From: an uncultured Candidatus Kuenenia sp.
GTDB taxonomy: Bacteria > Planctomycetota > Planctomycetia > Pirellulales > UBA1268
NCBI GenBank assembly: GCA_964498325.1
Contig: CAZCHF010000002.1
Coordinates: 76,931-140,930, forward strand
Direction: 5' to 3'
DNA length: 64,000 bases
Position numbers and translations under genes: made by a program. Positions 37,241 through 46,040 of the stretch are shown here, one piece after another. Numbering within the stretch: the stretch's first letter is position 1; every line of letters starts with the position of its first letter. The notes under the pieces were generated by a model that did not search any database, was not told where the DNA came from, and was given only the letters and a program-made list of their open reading frames with translations.

Positions 37241-38152
37241 ATGATTCGAACGCTGTTGCTCCTGGTCGTTGCGATCGCCCTCCTGATGCCGCGGGGCGGC
37301 ATTCGGGCCGATGACGAGCCGAAGAAAGACTCGCTGACGAACCGCGACTATTTTCTGTACACGCCGTCCAAGACCGATCCGGCGAAGACCTACTGGCTCG
37401 TCGTCGGCGTGCACGGTGCCAAGGGCAACGGCAAGGGAGCCGGTGGCCTCGCGAACTGGGCCGACAAGCACGACTGCATCGTGGTCGGTCCTTCGTTTCC
37501 CCACGACGGATACCAGGGTCTCGCGTTTCAAAGCGACGAGCAGCTCATCGCCATCGCCAAGGATGTGGGCAAGACCTACAAGCTTCACCCGAAACTCTTC
37601 GTCGCCGGGTTTTCGGGCGGGTCGCAGTATGCCCACCGCTTCATGCTCAAGCACCCGCAGCTCGTCGTCGGATGCGCCGCCCACTCCGGAGGCACATGGG
37701 AGACGGGTGGCGTCAATCCCGCCGCCAAAGCGATCCCGTTCGTGATGTCGTGTGGCGAGAAAGACACCGGAAAAAGTTTCCCCGAGGCGACCTACGGGCG
37801 GCTCGAGTGGGCGAAACTCTTCGAGGCCGAGGCCCAGAAAGCCGGGTTCTTCATGGACTCGAAGTTTTTTCCGAACGTCGGGCATTCCCAGTGCAAGGAA
37901 GCCAGCGCCATGACGGAAGAGTGTTTCGTCGTGGCCACCGACATGATTCCGTATTTTCAGGGCGTGCTCGACGAGGTGCCGAAGCTCGAGAAGCGGCGGA
38001 AGAAGCCCGAGGCTCTCGCGCTGGCCAAGGAGGCCCGCGCACGTGAACCGCTCAGCGAAGACGGTCTCTCGGCCAAGGTTGTTACCAGGGCCCGTGAGAA
38101 GCTCGATCCGATCATCGCACGGCTCGAAAAGGCGCAGCAGCGAGCGAAGTAG
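37241..38152 (+). CDS. Secreted alpha/beta-hydrolase (esterase / PHB-depolymerase-like)
   Basis: Signal peptide MIRTLLLLVVAIALLMP. G-x-S-x-G elbow GFSGGS. GGAGAGAAGAG lies ahead of the ATG. Confidence 0.7.
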   Translation: MIRTLLLLVVAIALLMPRGGIRADDEPKKDSLTNRDYFLYTPSKTDPAKTYWLVVGVHGAKGNGKGAGGLANWADKHDCIVVGPSFPHDGYQGLAFQSDEQLIAIAKDVGKTYKLHPKLFVAGFSGGSQYAHRFMLKHPQLVVGCAAHSGGTWETGGVNPAAKAIPFVMSCGEKDTGKSFPEATYGRLEWAKLFEAEAQKAGFFMDSKFFPNVGHSQCKEASAMTEECFVVATDMIPYFQGVLDEVPKLEKRRKKPEALALAKEARAREPLSEDGLSAKVVTRAREKLDPIIARLEKAQQRAK

Positions 38153-38257
38153 ACGGCGCCCACCTTGGCTCCCGACGTGCGAGATTCGCTCCAATCTTGC
38201 GAAAGTGCAAATGAACGTCCTATTCTGTTCAATGATGGAACCGTTTCGGGGACAGGA

Positions 38258-38494
38258 ATGATGCCGATGCAAACCAGCCATTACATCGATCAGATCGATC
38301 GACACATGGCGCGCGTTCTTGCCTGCACGAGTGAATGTGCGCGGCTTCAAGCTGGTTTTCGGATGTGGACTGCGGCGCGCTCCGTGATCCGGGCCGCGGT
38401 TCTCGCCGATCATGGCGATTGGTCGAGAGAACGCGTCGATCGCGAGGTGGCCGTCCGGCTGAGCAAGGGACTGGTCGCCCGTGTCGTCAACTGA
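38258..38494 (+). CDS. Small protein, partner of the downstream nucleotidyltransferase-fold gene
   Basis: ATGs at 38258, 38261 and 38267 follow AGGA. 14-nt overlap with the downstream gene. Helical sequence ...ARLQAGFRMWTAARSVIRAAVLADHGDWSRERVDREVAVRLSKG. Confidence 0.45.
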   Translation: MMPMQTSHYIDQIDRHMARVLACTSECARLQAGFRMWTAARSVIRAAVLADHGDWSRERVDREVAVRLSKGLVARVVN

Positions 38495-39056
38495 ACTCAA
38501 CCCTGCTGAGTTGATGCAGCGGATGGCCGTCTTCTTGGAGAGCAAGGCCATTCCGTACAGGGTGGTCGGCTCGTTGGCCAGCATGGCCTACGGGGAGCCA
38601 CGTTTCACGAACGACATCGACATTCTTGCCGATGTGCGGCAGGAACACGTAGCGGCTTTGATCGAAGCGTTTCCCGCACCGGAACACTACCTCTCGGAGG
38701 CGGCGATGCGAGCAGCGATTGCGCAGCCGGGACAGTTCAACATCATCCACATCCCGTCCGGGCTCAAACTTGACATGATCGTGCTCGGAACTGACGACTA
38801 CGCACGGACCGAGATCCGACGAGGCCGGCGACTGACGAGCCCGGGCGAGTTCGATGTCTGGTTTGCGGCTCCCGAGGATGTCATTCTCAACAAGCTCATC
38901 TACTACCGCGAGGGCCATTCGGATAAGCACCTTCGCGACATCAGCTCCATGCTCGTCATTCAGCGGGATGCGATCGACCGCGCCTACATCGACTCGTGGG
39001 CCGCGCGCCTTGGTGTGCTCTCCGAATGGCAGACGGTGCTTTCCGGCCTGGAATGA
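38481..39056 (+). CDS. Nucleotidyltransferase-fold protein (MNT/AbiEii-like minimal NTase)
   Basis: NTase signature G-S-x(9)-R-x-T-x-D-I-D (VVGSLASMAYGEPRFTNDIDIL). 191 aa. Confidence 0.65.
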   Translation: MSSTELNPAELMQRMAVFLESKAIPYRVVGSLASMAYGEPRFTNDIDILADVRQEHVAALIEAFPAPEHYLSEAAMRAAIAQPGQFNIIHIPSGLKLDMIVLGTDDYARTEIRRGRRLTSPGEFDVWFAAPEDVILNKLIYYREGHSDKHLRDISSMLVIQRDAIDRAYIDSWAARLGVLSEWQTVLSGLE

Positions 39057-39233
39057 TCGACGCTCATTCCTGCATCGCCGACAACGGCAGTCTATAGATG
39101 TTGGCGAATGAGCCACAATTTGGCTCGATCTGATCACTGCGATCCGTCGATGCTCAGGGCCCCATCGCGATCATGGCGACGGCGTTGTGTTCATGATGAA
39201 AACCGCCTTCGATCCTTTGCGGGCTAAGGGGCT

Positions 39234-39557
39234 TCAGATGTCATATTCCCGCCGGTAGTAGATCAGCAAATCCAAGGGATCCAATTCGTTGAGCGGGTGA
39301 GTTGAATATTCGCATTCTTCTTTCGCGCTGCGAATGTCTTCGCTACTGGAGGTCTGATCAATTACAGAATCCATAACACAACCAAGACTCTCGCGATCGA
39401 GCTCCGTCGGCTCCCGGTCCAAGTACTAACGAATTCGGAGCTCCTTGTCGCTCGAGAACGAAACCGCGATAGCTCGAATGTTCGGATAAATCTCCCCCAA
39501 GAGTGCGTTCCACACCCATAGAAAGAGCCAATCTGGTACGCGCTGTTGAGAGCGCAT
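39234..39557 (-). pseudogene. Decayed ORF interrupted by an in-frame TAG, in a low-GC patch
   Basis: Minus-strand frame reads MRSQQRVPDWLFLWVWNALLGEIYPNIRAIAVSFSSDKELRIR-TAG(39428-39426)-YLDREPTELDRESLGC...LLIYYRREYDI. Both halves are in the same frame. GC here is visibly lower than in the flanks. Confidence 0.45.
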
Positions 39558-39672
39558 CTTTAGTAGTCCTGAACGGGATAGGCTGTCGGCGGTAGCCCAC
39601 GACTTCCAGACTGCGGGGCGGCCTCCTGCGTCATCGAGCGAATCAAAGCTCGGCCTTGAGTTTCAAGTCGCC

Positions 39673-40602
39673 TCAGACGTCACAGAGCGTGACGGCTTCT
39701 TTCAGCCCCGCGAGGGGATCGCGGGTCGGGATGAACTCCTGGCCCACGTAGCCCTGGTAGCCGATCTCCACGAGCTTCCGCATGATCGGCGCGTAGTGGA
39801 TCTCCTGCGTGTCGTCGAGCTCGCAGCGGCCCGGATTGCCCGCGGTGTGGATGTGCCCGATGACGTCTTTGCACTGCTCGATCCGGCGGATCACGTCGCC
39901 GTTCATGATCTGCACGTGGTAGATGTCGAAGAGCACCTTGGCCCGATCGCTGCCGACCCGCCGCACGATGTTCGCGACATAGTCGATGTCGTCACCCTGA
40001 TAACCCGGATGGCCCTTGAAGGGATGCGAATCGTCGCGGGTGTTCAGGTGCTCGATGCAGATCGTGACACCCTTCTTCTCCCCGAGCGCGCAGAGCTGCT
40101 TCAGTCCCTTCACGCAGTTGTCGGCCCCCTCTTCGAGCGAGATCTCGCCGCTCTTCGGATCCTCGGCATCGCGCCACTTGAACCCGGTGAAGGCGATCAC
40201 GCTTGGAAACCCGGCCTCCGCGGCCTTCTCGATCATCTCGCTCGTGCGGGTGATCACTTCCTCGTGATACTTCGGGTTGTTGAGCCCCTTCATGAACGGT
40301 GCCCCTGGCATGCCATTCGGCGCGATCGCGCAGGTGAGCCCATGTTTCTTGATCGTGGCCCAGGCCTCGGGCGGAGCCAGTTCCACCGATACGCAGCCAA
40401 GGTCTTTGGCCACCTGACAGATCTTGTCCATGCTCCACTTCTCGCCAAAAAGCTCGAAGCACCAGGCGACGACCGACTGCTTGATGCGGCCCTTGTGGGC
40501 GCGATCAGGGACCGCGGCCAGAGCGGAAGTCAGCGGGGAAGCGGCTCCGAAGGTGGCGGCTGCAGCGGCAAGGGCGGTACGACGATTCATGGGCATCGGC
40601 AT
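39673..40602 (-). CDS. Sugar phosphate isomerase/epimerase (xylose-isomerase-like TIM barrel; hydroxypyruvate-isomerase-like) with Tat signal
   Basis: MNRRTALAAAAATFGAASPLTSALA. AP-endonuclease-2/TIM-barrel-like body (...CIEHLNTRDD...HIHTAGNPGRCELDD...). Confidence 0.8.
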   Translation of the reverse strand: MPMPMNRRTALAAAAATFGAASPLTSALAAVPDRAHKGRIKQSVVAWCFELFGEKWSMDKICQVAKDLGCVSVELAPPEAWATIKKHGLTCAIAPNGMPGAPFMKGLNNPKYHEEVITRTSEMIEKAAEAGFPSVIAFTGFKWRDAEDPKSGEISLEEGADNCVKGLKQLCALGEKKGVTICIEHLNTRDDSHPFKGHPGYQGDDIDYVANIVRRVGSDRAKVLFDIYHVQIMNGDVIRRIEQCKDVIGHIHTAGNPGRCELDDTQEIHYAPIMRKLVEIGYQGYVGQEFIPTRDPLAGLKEAVTLCDV

Positions 40603-40669
40603 GGCAGAATCCCCGAGGGCGTGAACGTGAATCCGATTACACTACCACGCGTCCACACCAGGAAAAACC

Positions 40670-41644
40670 ATGCCCAGCATCAAGCGCATTCTCGTCACCG
40701 GCGGGGCCGGATTTTTGGGGAGCCACCTGTGCGAGCGGCTCGTCACCGATGGCCACGACGTCATCTGCGTCGACAACTTTTTCACGAGCCAGAAGTCGAA
40801 CGTGGCCCATCTCCTCGGGCTACCCAACTTCGAGCTCATCCGCCACGACATCATCCAGCCGCTCTTCCTCGAAGTGGACGAGATCTACAACCTCGCCTGC
40901 CCGGCCGCCCCCGGCCATTACCAGTACAACCCCATCAAGACGATGAAGACTTCCGTGATGGGGGCCATCAATCTCCTGGGCATGGCCCGCCGCTGCAGGG
41001 CCAAGATCCTGCAAGCTTCGACGAGCGAGGTCTACGGCGACCCGGAGGTGCACCCGCAGCCCGAGACCTATCGCGGGGCGGTGAATCCCATCGGGCCTCG
41101 GGCCTGCTACGACGAGGGCAAGCGTGCGGCTGAGACCCTGTTCATGGACTATCACCGGCACAACAAGGTGAATGTCCGCATCGTGCGGATCTTCAACACG
41201 TACGGTCCGCGGATGCACCCCTTCGACGGCCGCGTCGTGTCGAACTTCATCCGCCAGGCACTCTCCGGCGAGCCCGTCACGATTTTTGGAAGCGGCAACC
41301 AGACGCGCAGCTTTTGTTATCGCGACGACCTCGTGGAGGGGATCATCCGGATGATGAACGGTCCCGACGACTTCACGGGGCCGGTGAACATCGGCAATCC
41401 CGGCGAGTTCACGATCCGTCAGCTCGCCGAGCTCACGCTCGAACTCACCGGCTCCAAGGCTCCGCTCATCCAAAAGCCTTTGCCCGTGGACGATCCTGAG
41501 CGTCGCAAACCCGACATCACGCTCGCCAAGGAAAAGCTCCAGTGGGAGCCGAAGGTGCCGCTTCGGGAGGGACTCGCCAAGACGATCGCGTGGTTTCGCT
41601 CGGTGAAGCTCGACGAGTTTCGGGCCCCGACGCCCAATTACTGA
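40670..41644 (+). CDS. uxs: UDP-glucuronate decarboxylase (UDP-xylose synthase)
   Basis: Extended SDR: [14 protein letters not shown], ...STSEVYGDP...YDEGKR...[10 protein letters not shown]. Very close to the UXS consensus throughout. Confidence 0.9.
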   Translation: MPSIKRILVTGGAGFLGSHLCERLVTDGHDVICVDNFFTSQKSNVAHLLGLPNFELIRHDIIQPLFLEVDEIYNLACPAAPGHYQYNPIKTMKTSVMGAINLLGMARRCRAKILQASTSEVYGDPEVHPQPETYRGAVNPIGPRACYDEGKRAAETLFMDYHRHNKVNVRIVRIFNTYGPRMHPFDGRVVSNFIRQALSGEPVTIFGSGNQTRSFCYRDDLVEGIIRMMNGPDDFTGPVNIGNPGEFTIRQLAELTLELTGSKAPLIQKPLPVDDPERRKPDITLAKEKLQWEPKVPLREGLAKTIAWFRSVKLDEFRAPTPNY

Positions 41645-42057
41645 GGCTGGCCAGGCGACCTGCCGAGCAGGCGGCAGGTGATGGCCACCATCGCAATGCC
41701 GCCGATGATGCCGATGACGTCAAAGACCCAATCAAGGGCTTCGGCAGCACGCCCGAAGAGCGGCTGCGTCGATTCATCCACGACCGCCGCCAGAGCGAGG
41801 GCGATGGCCAGGACAATCGCGTTTCGGCGTGACCAGTATCGCGAGGCCGCGAGCGTGGCCGCCATGAGCAAACCGAGAAGACCATAGGCGATGAAGTGGA
41901 GCGCCTTGTCGGACGGTGGGTTCGGTCCGAGGATGTCTTCTGGCTTCGGGTAGTGCGTCGCCCAGACCAGGATCAAGCTGTAGCACGCCGTCAATGCAAA
42001 GCAGGGCCAGAACAACCGCCGCAAGGAAAACGGTTGGGCGGCAGGCATCAGGGGCAA
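41638..42057 (-). CDS. VanZ-like membrane protein
   Basis: Four TM helices. [12 protein letters not shown] and DESTQ motifs typical of the VanZ-like family. Confidence 0.7.
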   Translation of the reverse strand: MPLMPAAQPFSLRRLFWPCFALTACYSLILVWATHYPKPEDILGPNPPSDKALHFIAYGLLGLLMAATLAASRYWSRRNAIVLAIALALAAVVDESTQPLFGRAAEALDWVFDVIGIIGGIAMVAITCRLLGRSPGQPQ

Positions 42058-42208
42058 GGTCCGGGGGAGGGGCGGGCGGTGCAGTCTGGAAAAACCCCAT
42101 AATAGCCTCGGTTTTTGATATTCGCCTGCGAGGCCTCAGTCGGTACTTTCCTGCCTTCCGCGGCGGCCTGAGATGACCCGCCCACATGCCCGAGGAGAGT
42201 GCCTACCC

Positions 42209-42475
42209 ATGAACCGTCAGGAACTGTCGGCCGTCGTTCTCAAACTGCTCGAAAAGGAGACCGGCGAGACCTACCCCGATCTCGAAGAGAAGACCACGCT
42301 TCGCGAAGGCTTGAATCTCGACTCGCTCGATATGGCCGGCCTCGTGCTGCACATGGAGAGCCATTTCCAAATCAAGATCGAGACCGAGCTGCTCGAATCG
42401 ATCAACACCGTCGGGAACATGCTCGACGTGCTTGAAGAGAAGCTGGCCGCCAAGGAAGGCCGGAAGGCTGCCTAG
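42209..42475 (+). CDS. Acyl carrier protein
   Basis: Start trimmed to MNRQEL (GAGGAGAG lies ~9 nt upstream). 88 aa, acidic. Phosphopantetheine-attachment motif GLNLDSLDM. Confidence 0.85.
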   Translation: MNRQELSAVVLKLLEKETGETYPDLEEKTTLREGLNLDSLDMAGLVLHMESHFQIKIETELLESINTVGNMLDVLEEKLAAKEGRKAA

Positions 42476-42535
42476 AGTCGGCGGCGATCGTCACACGTCT
42501 GGGGCACGGCCACGGTGCCTGAAGGGGGAGCGAGC

Positions 42536-43375
42536 ATGAAAGACCTGTCACCATCGGCTTTCACGGCCGGATGTCGGATCACCACCCACGCGCTTGTCAA
42601 AGCGCGTCTCTCCGACATGGGGACGCTTCGCAACCGCCCGGCTCCCGAGGGCGTGCCTCCGCTCCCACCGCGGTTCCTGCGGCACTCCGACGAGCACACC
42701 GTCATCGGCATGCATGCGGTGCTGACGGCGCTTGCCGAGGTGCGGGCTCATGACGCCATCCCGCCGCTTGCACGGCATGCCGTGATCGCGGCGCCCTGCC
42801 AGGCCGGGCGGATTGCCACGGCCCAGGCCCTCGCCGGCCTCGACACGTCAGGCCCGAGCGCGATCAAGCCCCACATCGTGCCCCAGTGCTCCATGCATTC
42901 GGTGGCAGGCGCGGTGAGCGTGGCCCTCGGCACGCACGGGCCCCATCTCGGCGTCGGCGGCGGGCCAGATGCGCTCTCCGAGGGGTTCCTGGTGGTGACG
43001 TCACTCTTGGCCAGCGGCGGCGACCCACAGTGTGAAGCAGCCTGGTTGATTGCGACCGAGTGGGACGTCGAGCCGGCGCTCGACTCCAAGGGCATCCCGA
43101 CCGACGATCCTTCCTGCCGCGCGATCGCCATGTTGCTCGAGCCGGCGACCAAGATTGCCGACGGTGATCAAACCGGATCGCTCACGGTCGCCGTCCGCCG
43201 ATCGCGCCAGCGACCGAAAGGGATACGTCCACTGGCCACGCCCTGCACGCTTGCCAACCTGGCTGGTGTCCTCGGCGGGGGAAGTGACGGTCCCGTCACC
43301 CTGCTTGGCTTGGGTGGATTCGAGGTGGAAGTGACGCGGCATGGCCACGAGCAGGTTCTCCGGGAGGCAGCATGA
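42536..43375 (+). CDS. Beta-ketoacyl synthase N-terminal-like protein (Ketoacyl-synt_2 / ApeC-CLF-like, no recognisable C-H-H triad)
   Basis: ATG at 42536 preceded by AAGGGGGAG (the track start is GTG 42515). Segment SMHSVAGAVSVALGTHGPHLGVGGGPDALSEGFLVVTSLL...AAWLIATEWDVEP resembles the thiolase-fold N-terminal half. No downstream His-His region. Stop overlaps the KS start (ATGA). Confidence 0.65.
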   Translation: MKDLSPSAFTAGCRITTHALVKARLSDMGTLRNRPAPEGVPPLPPRFLRHSDEHTVIGMHAVLTALAEVRAHDAIPPLARHAVIAAPCQAGRIATAQALAGLDTSGPSAIKPHIVPQCSMHSVAGAVSVALGTHGPHLGVGGGPDALSEGFLVVTSLLASGGDPQCEAAWLIATEWDVEPALDSKGIPTDDPSCRAIAMLLEPATKIADGDQTGSLTVAVRRSRQRPKGIRPLATPCTLANLAGVLGGGSDGPVTLLGLGGFEVEVTRHGHEQVLREAA

Positions 43376-44607
43376 TCAAGCAGGGGATGAGTCGACGAGA
43401 TACCTGTGAGCCTGTTGTGATCACCGGGGTGGCGGCAGTGACGCCGCTCGGCTGTGATGCCGAGACGATCTTCGGCAACCTTTTTGCCGGTCAATCGGGT
43501 GTCCGCGAGATCGACATCGATCCGCGAGTTCGGACCGACTCGCGGTTCGCCGCGCCGGTGCTCGACATTCCGGTGCCCACGGGCATGGATCCTGACGAGT
43601 TTCGGCGGCTCGGCCGGCTCGAACAACTCTGCCTTCCGTCGGTCGTGGCCACGCTTGCCGACGCGGGCCTCGGATATCCGCAGGCTGCCCCTCGGATCGG
43701 ACTCGTGCTCGGTGTCGGTGGCGAGCACTTCAAAACCTGGGAAGAGGATTTCTTGAGCGGCGGAAGCTTCGTCTTTGAATCCCGCCGCGATCCGACGCTC
43801 GATCAACGGCTGGCCGCCCGCGCCGGCATTGCCGGCCCAACCGTCGCCGTGGCCGCAGCGTGTGCCTCGAGTGGCTACGCCCTGGGGTTGGCTCGAACCT
43901 GGCTCGATGCCGGCTGGGTCGACATCTGCGTCGCCGGTGGGTGCGACGTGTTGGGGCCGACGGCGATTGCAGCCTTCTACAACCTCCGTGCCCTCTCGCG
44001 CCGCAGCGACGACCCCGTAAAAGCCTCGCGGCCTTTCGATCGGGATCGCGATGGCTTTGTGATGGGGGAAGGCGGGGCCTTCTTCGTGCTCGAACGACAG
44101 TCGGATGCCCGTCGCCGTTCGGCGCGGATCCGCTGTGAGCTGGCCGGTATCGGCATGTCGAGTGACGGCGTGCACATGGTGGCGCCCAGCACCGATCCGA
44201 CCCAGGCGGCCCGCGCGATCACCGCGGCACTGGCCGATGCCCAGGTGGAGCCATCAGAAGTCGACTACTTCAATGCCCATGCCGCCGGCACACCGGTCGG
44301 TGACGTGGCCGAGGCTGGCGCGATCCGGATGGCCTGTGGCGATGCGACCGATGCCATTCCGGTGAGCTCGACCAAGAGCATGTCGGGCCATCTCGTGAGC
44401 GGCGCCGCGTCGTTCGAGGCACTGGCTTGTCTGGGCGCGATCGAAAGGCAACAGGTGCCTCCGACGGTAAACCTCGACAACCCCGATCCCGAGTGTCGCC
44501 TCTGCCATGTCCCGCACGTGGCCAAAGCTCATCCCGTGCGCGTCGCCGCCAGCAACTCTTTTGGTTTCGGCGGATCCAATCTTTGTCTTGTCCTTCGCGC
44601 CGCGTGA
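43372..44607 (+). CDS. Beta-ketoacyl-ACP synthase (KAS I/II-type elongating KS)
   Basis: Active-site Cys (VAAACASSGYAL) and two His (FNAHAAGTPVGD; KSMSGHLVSGA). C-terminal NSFGFGGSN. GGGAGG lies ahead of the ATG. Confidence 0.9.
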   Translation: MIKQGMSRRDTCEPVVITGVAAVTPLGCDAETIFGNLFAGQSGVREIDIDPRVRTDSRFAAPVLDIPVPTGMDPDEFRRLGRLEQLCLPSVVATLADAGLGYPQAAPRIGLVLGVGGEHFKTWEEDFLSGGSFVFESRRDPTLDQRLAARAGIAGPTVAVAAACASSGYALGLARTWLDAGWVDICVAGGCDVLGPTAIAAFYNLRALSRRSDDPVKASRPFDRDRDGFVMGEGGAFFVLERQSDARRRSARIRCELAGIGMSSDGVHMVAPSTDPTQAARAITAALADAQVEPSEVDYFNAHAAGTPVGDVAEAGAIRMACGDATDAIPVSSTKSMSGHLVSGAASFEALACLGAIERQQVPPTVNLDNPDPECRLCHVPHVAKAHPVRVAASNSFGFGGSNLCLVLRAA

Positions 44608-44652
44608 CCGGCCGTTTGCCAGCGGACGCTTGTTTCTTTCAGGAGCTCTTCG

Positions 44653-45282
44653 ATGACCTCGACGCACCCGCATCACCCGCCCGTCGCCACGGCCGATCTC
44701 GACGCGCTGCTCTGTGATCTCGTGGCCCGTTGGCATGTCGTCGAGCCCGCCCATGCCGAGGGAGGCCTGCGTGGAAAAGTCTGTGACCTGCATCGATTCA
44801 ACTTTCTCCTCTGGCACGAGGAAGACATCGCCCGCTCGCCCGACGTCACCGACGCGAAGATCGCCCAGGTGAAGCGAGCCATCGACCGCTACAACCAGGC
44901 CCGCAACGACGCGATCGAGAAAGTCGACGACTGGCTCATCGCCGAGCTTTCTGCCCGCGGCATTGCCGCTTCCCAGGGTGCCCCGGCCGCGACCGAAACG
45001 CCGGGCGCCGCCATCGATCGCCTCTCGATCCTCGAGCTTCGCCGCTACCACATGCGGGAGCAGGTGGACCGTGCCGACGCGACGCCAGAGCATCGCGAGA
45101 AGGCCGCCGAGAAACTCGTCGTCCTCGACGCCCAGCGGGATCATCTCGTCGCCGCGATCGACCGGCTCATGTCGGAGATCTTCTCCGGCAAGCGACCGCT
45201 CCGTGTCTTCCGTCAGATGAAGATGTACAACGACCCGACCATGAATCCGTATCTGTACAAGTCGGGCGCCAAGGCCGCATGA
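44653..45282 (+). CDS. DUF4254-like protein
   Basis: 209 aa. ...CDLHRFNFLLWHEEDIAR...IDRLSILELRRYHM...VFRQMKMYNDP. Family name recalled from memory. GGAG lies 7 nt ahead of the ATG. Confidence 0.6.
   Translation: MTSTHPHHPPVATADLDALLCDLVARWHVVEPAHAEGGLRGKVCDLHRFNFLLWHEEDIARSPDVTDAKIAQVKRAIDRYNQARNDAIEKVDDWLIAELSARGIAASQGAPAATETPGAAIDRLSILELRRYHMREQVDRADATPEHREKAAEKLVVLDAQRDHLVAAIDRLMSEIFSGKRPLRVFRQMKMYNDPTMNPYLYKSGAKAA
45129..45282 (+). repeat. Left ~154-bp direct repeat (3' end of the intact DUF4254-like gene)
   Basis: Aligns by eye with 48186-48339. I count about 7 mismatches in the first ~133 nt, with perfect runs of ~50 and ~38 nt. Confidence 0.9.
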
Positions 45283-45353
45283 GGCCACTCCGTGACCGTG
45301 CATGCGTCTCCCGTCGCTGGTTCCTGAACCCGGCTTGGCTCACTGTGGCGTGC

Positions 45354-46040
45354 CTATTCAGCCATTCGACGACGAATTGCATCGGCGACCTGCTTGGCGA
45401 GGAGGCCGCAGCCTTTTCCGGAGAAGTGGACATCGCCCGGCTTCGAGAAGCAGTCGGGCGTGAATTCGGCTGAGAGACTGTGAAGGTCGTTGAACGGTAT
45501 GCCGTGCCGCTCCATGACCTTCAGGGCGACGGCGTTGTATTTCAGCTCATCGCCAGCGTGTCTGCCCGGCTCCCCTTCGGGCACGACCGTCGTCGTCGCG
45601 AAGATGAGCTTCGCGCCGGTCTTTTCGAGCCGCGCCACCAACGCTTCGAGATTCTTCTCGTACTCGTCAAGCGGCACGGAGATGGCTCCGCGAACCTTGT
45701 CGCGGTTCCCCATTTCCTTCGACTCTGGGTGCCGATGGCAGAGATCGTGGAGACCCCAGTTGAAATGGATGACGTCCCACTTCGTGTCACCGAGCCATTC
45801 GTCGAGTCGCTTGAGACCGTTCCGCGTGTCGCCGGCATTGCCTGGGTGGCGCACGACGTTGGCTTCCTTGGCGAGCTCTTTTTGCACGCCCTTGAAATAG
45901 CCCCCCATGATCGAGTCGCCGATCAGCAAGACGTTTATTTCGCCTCCCTGCGCGGCCCCGGCCGCCATCAGCCACGCAGCAAGGCACCAAGCCACGATTT
46001 GCTTCGGCTGCATGACGGATCCGAAAAAGGTGTCAGCCAT
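45354..46040 (-). CDS. SGNH/GDSL-family hydrolase, secreted
   Basis: Signal peptide. Block I LLIGDSIMGG, FNWGLHDL, and C-terminal GDVHFSGKG (D-x-x-H). Confidence 0.8.
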   Translation of the reverse strand: MADTFFGSVMQPKQIVAWCLAAWLMAAGAAQGGEINVLLIGDSIMGGYFKGVQKELAKEANVVRHPGNAGDTRNGLKRLDEWLGDTKWDVIHFNWGLHDLCHRHPESKEMGNRDKVRGAISVPLDEYEKNLEALVARLEKTGAKLIFATTTVVPEGEPGRHAGDELKYNAVALKVMERHGIPFNDLHSLSAEFTPDCFSKPGDVHFSGKGCGLLAKQVADAIRRRMAE

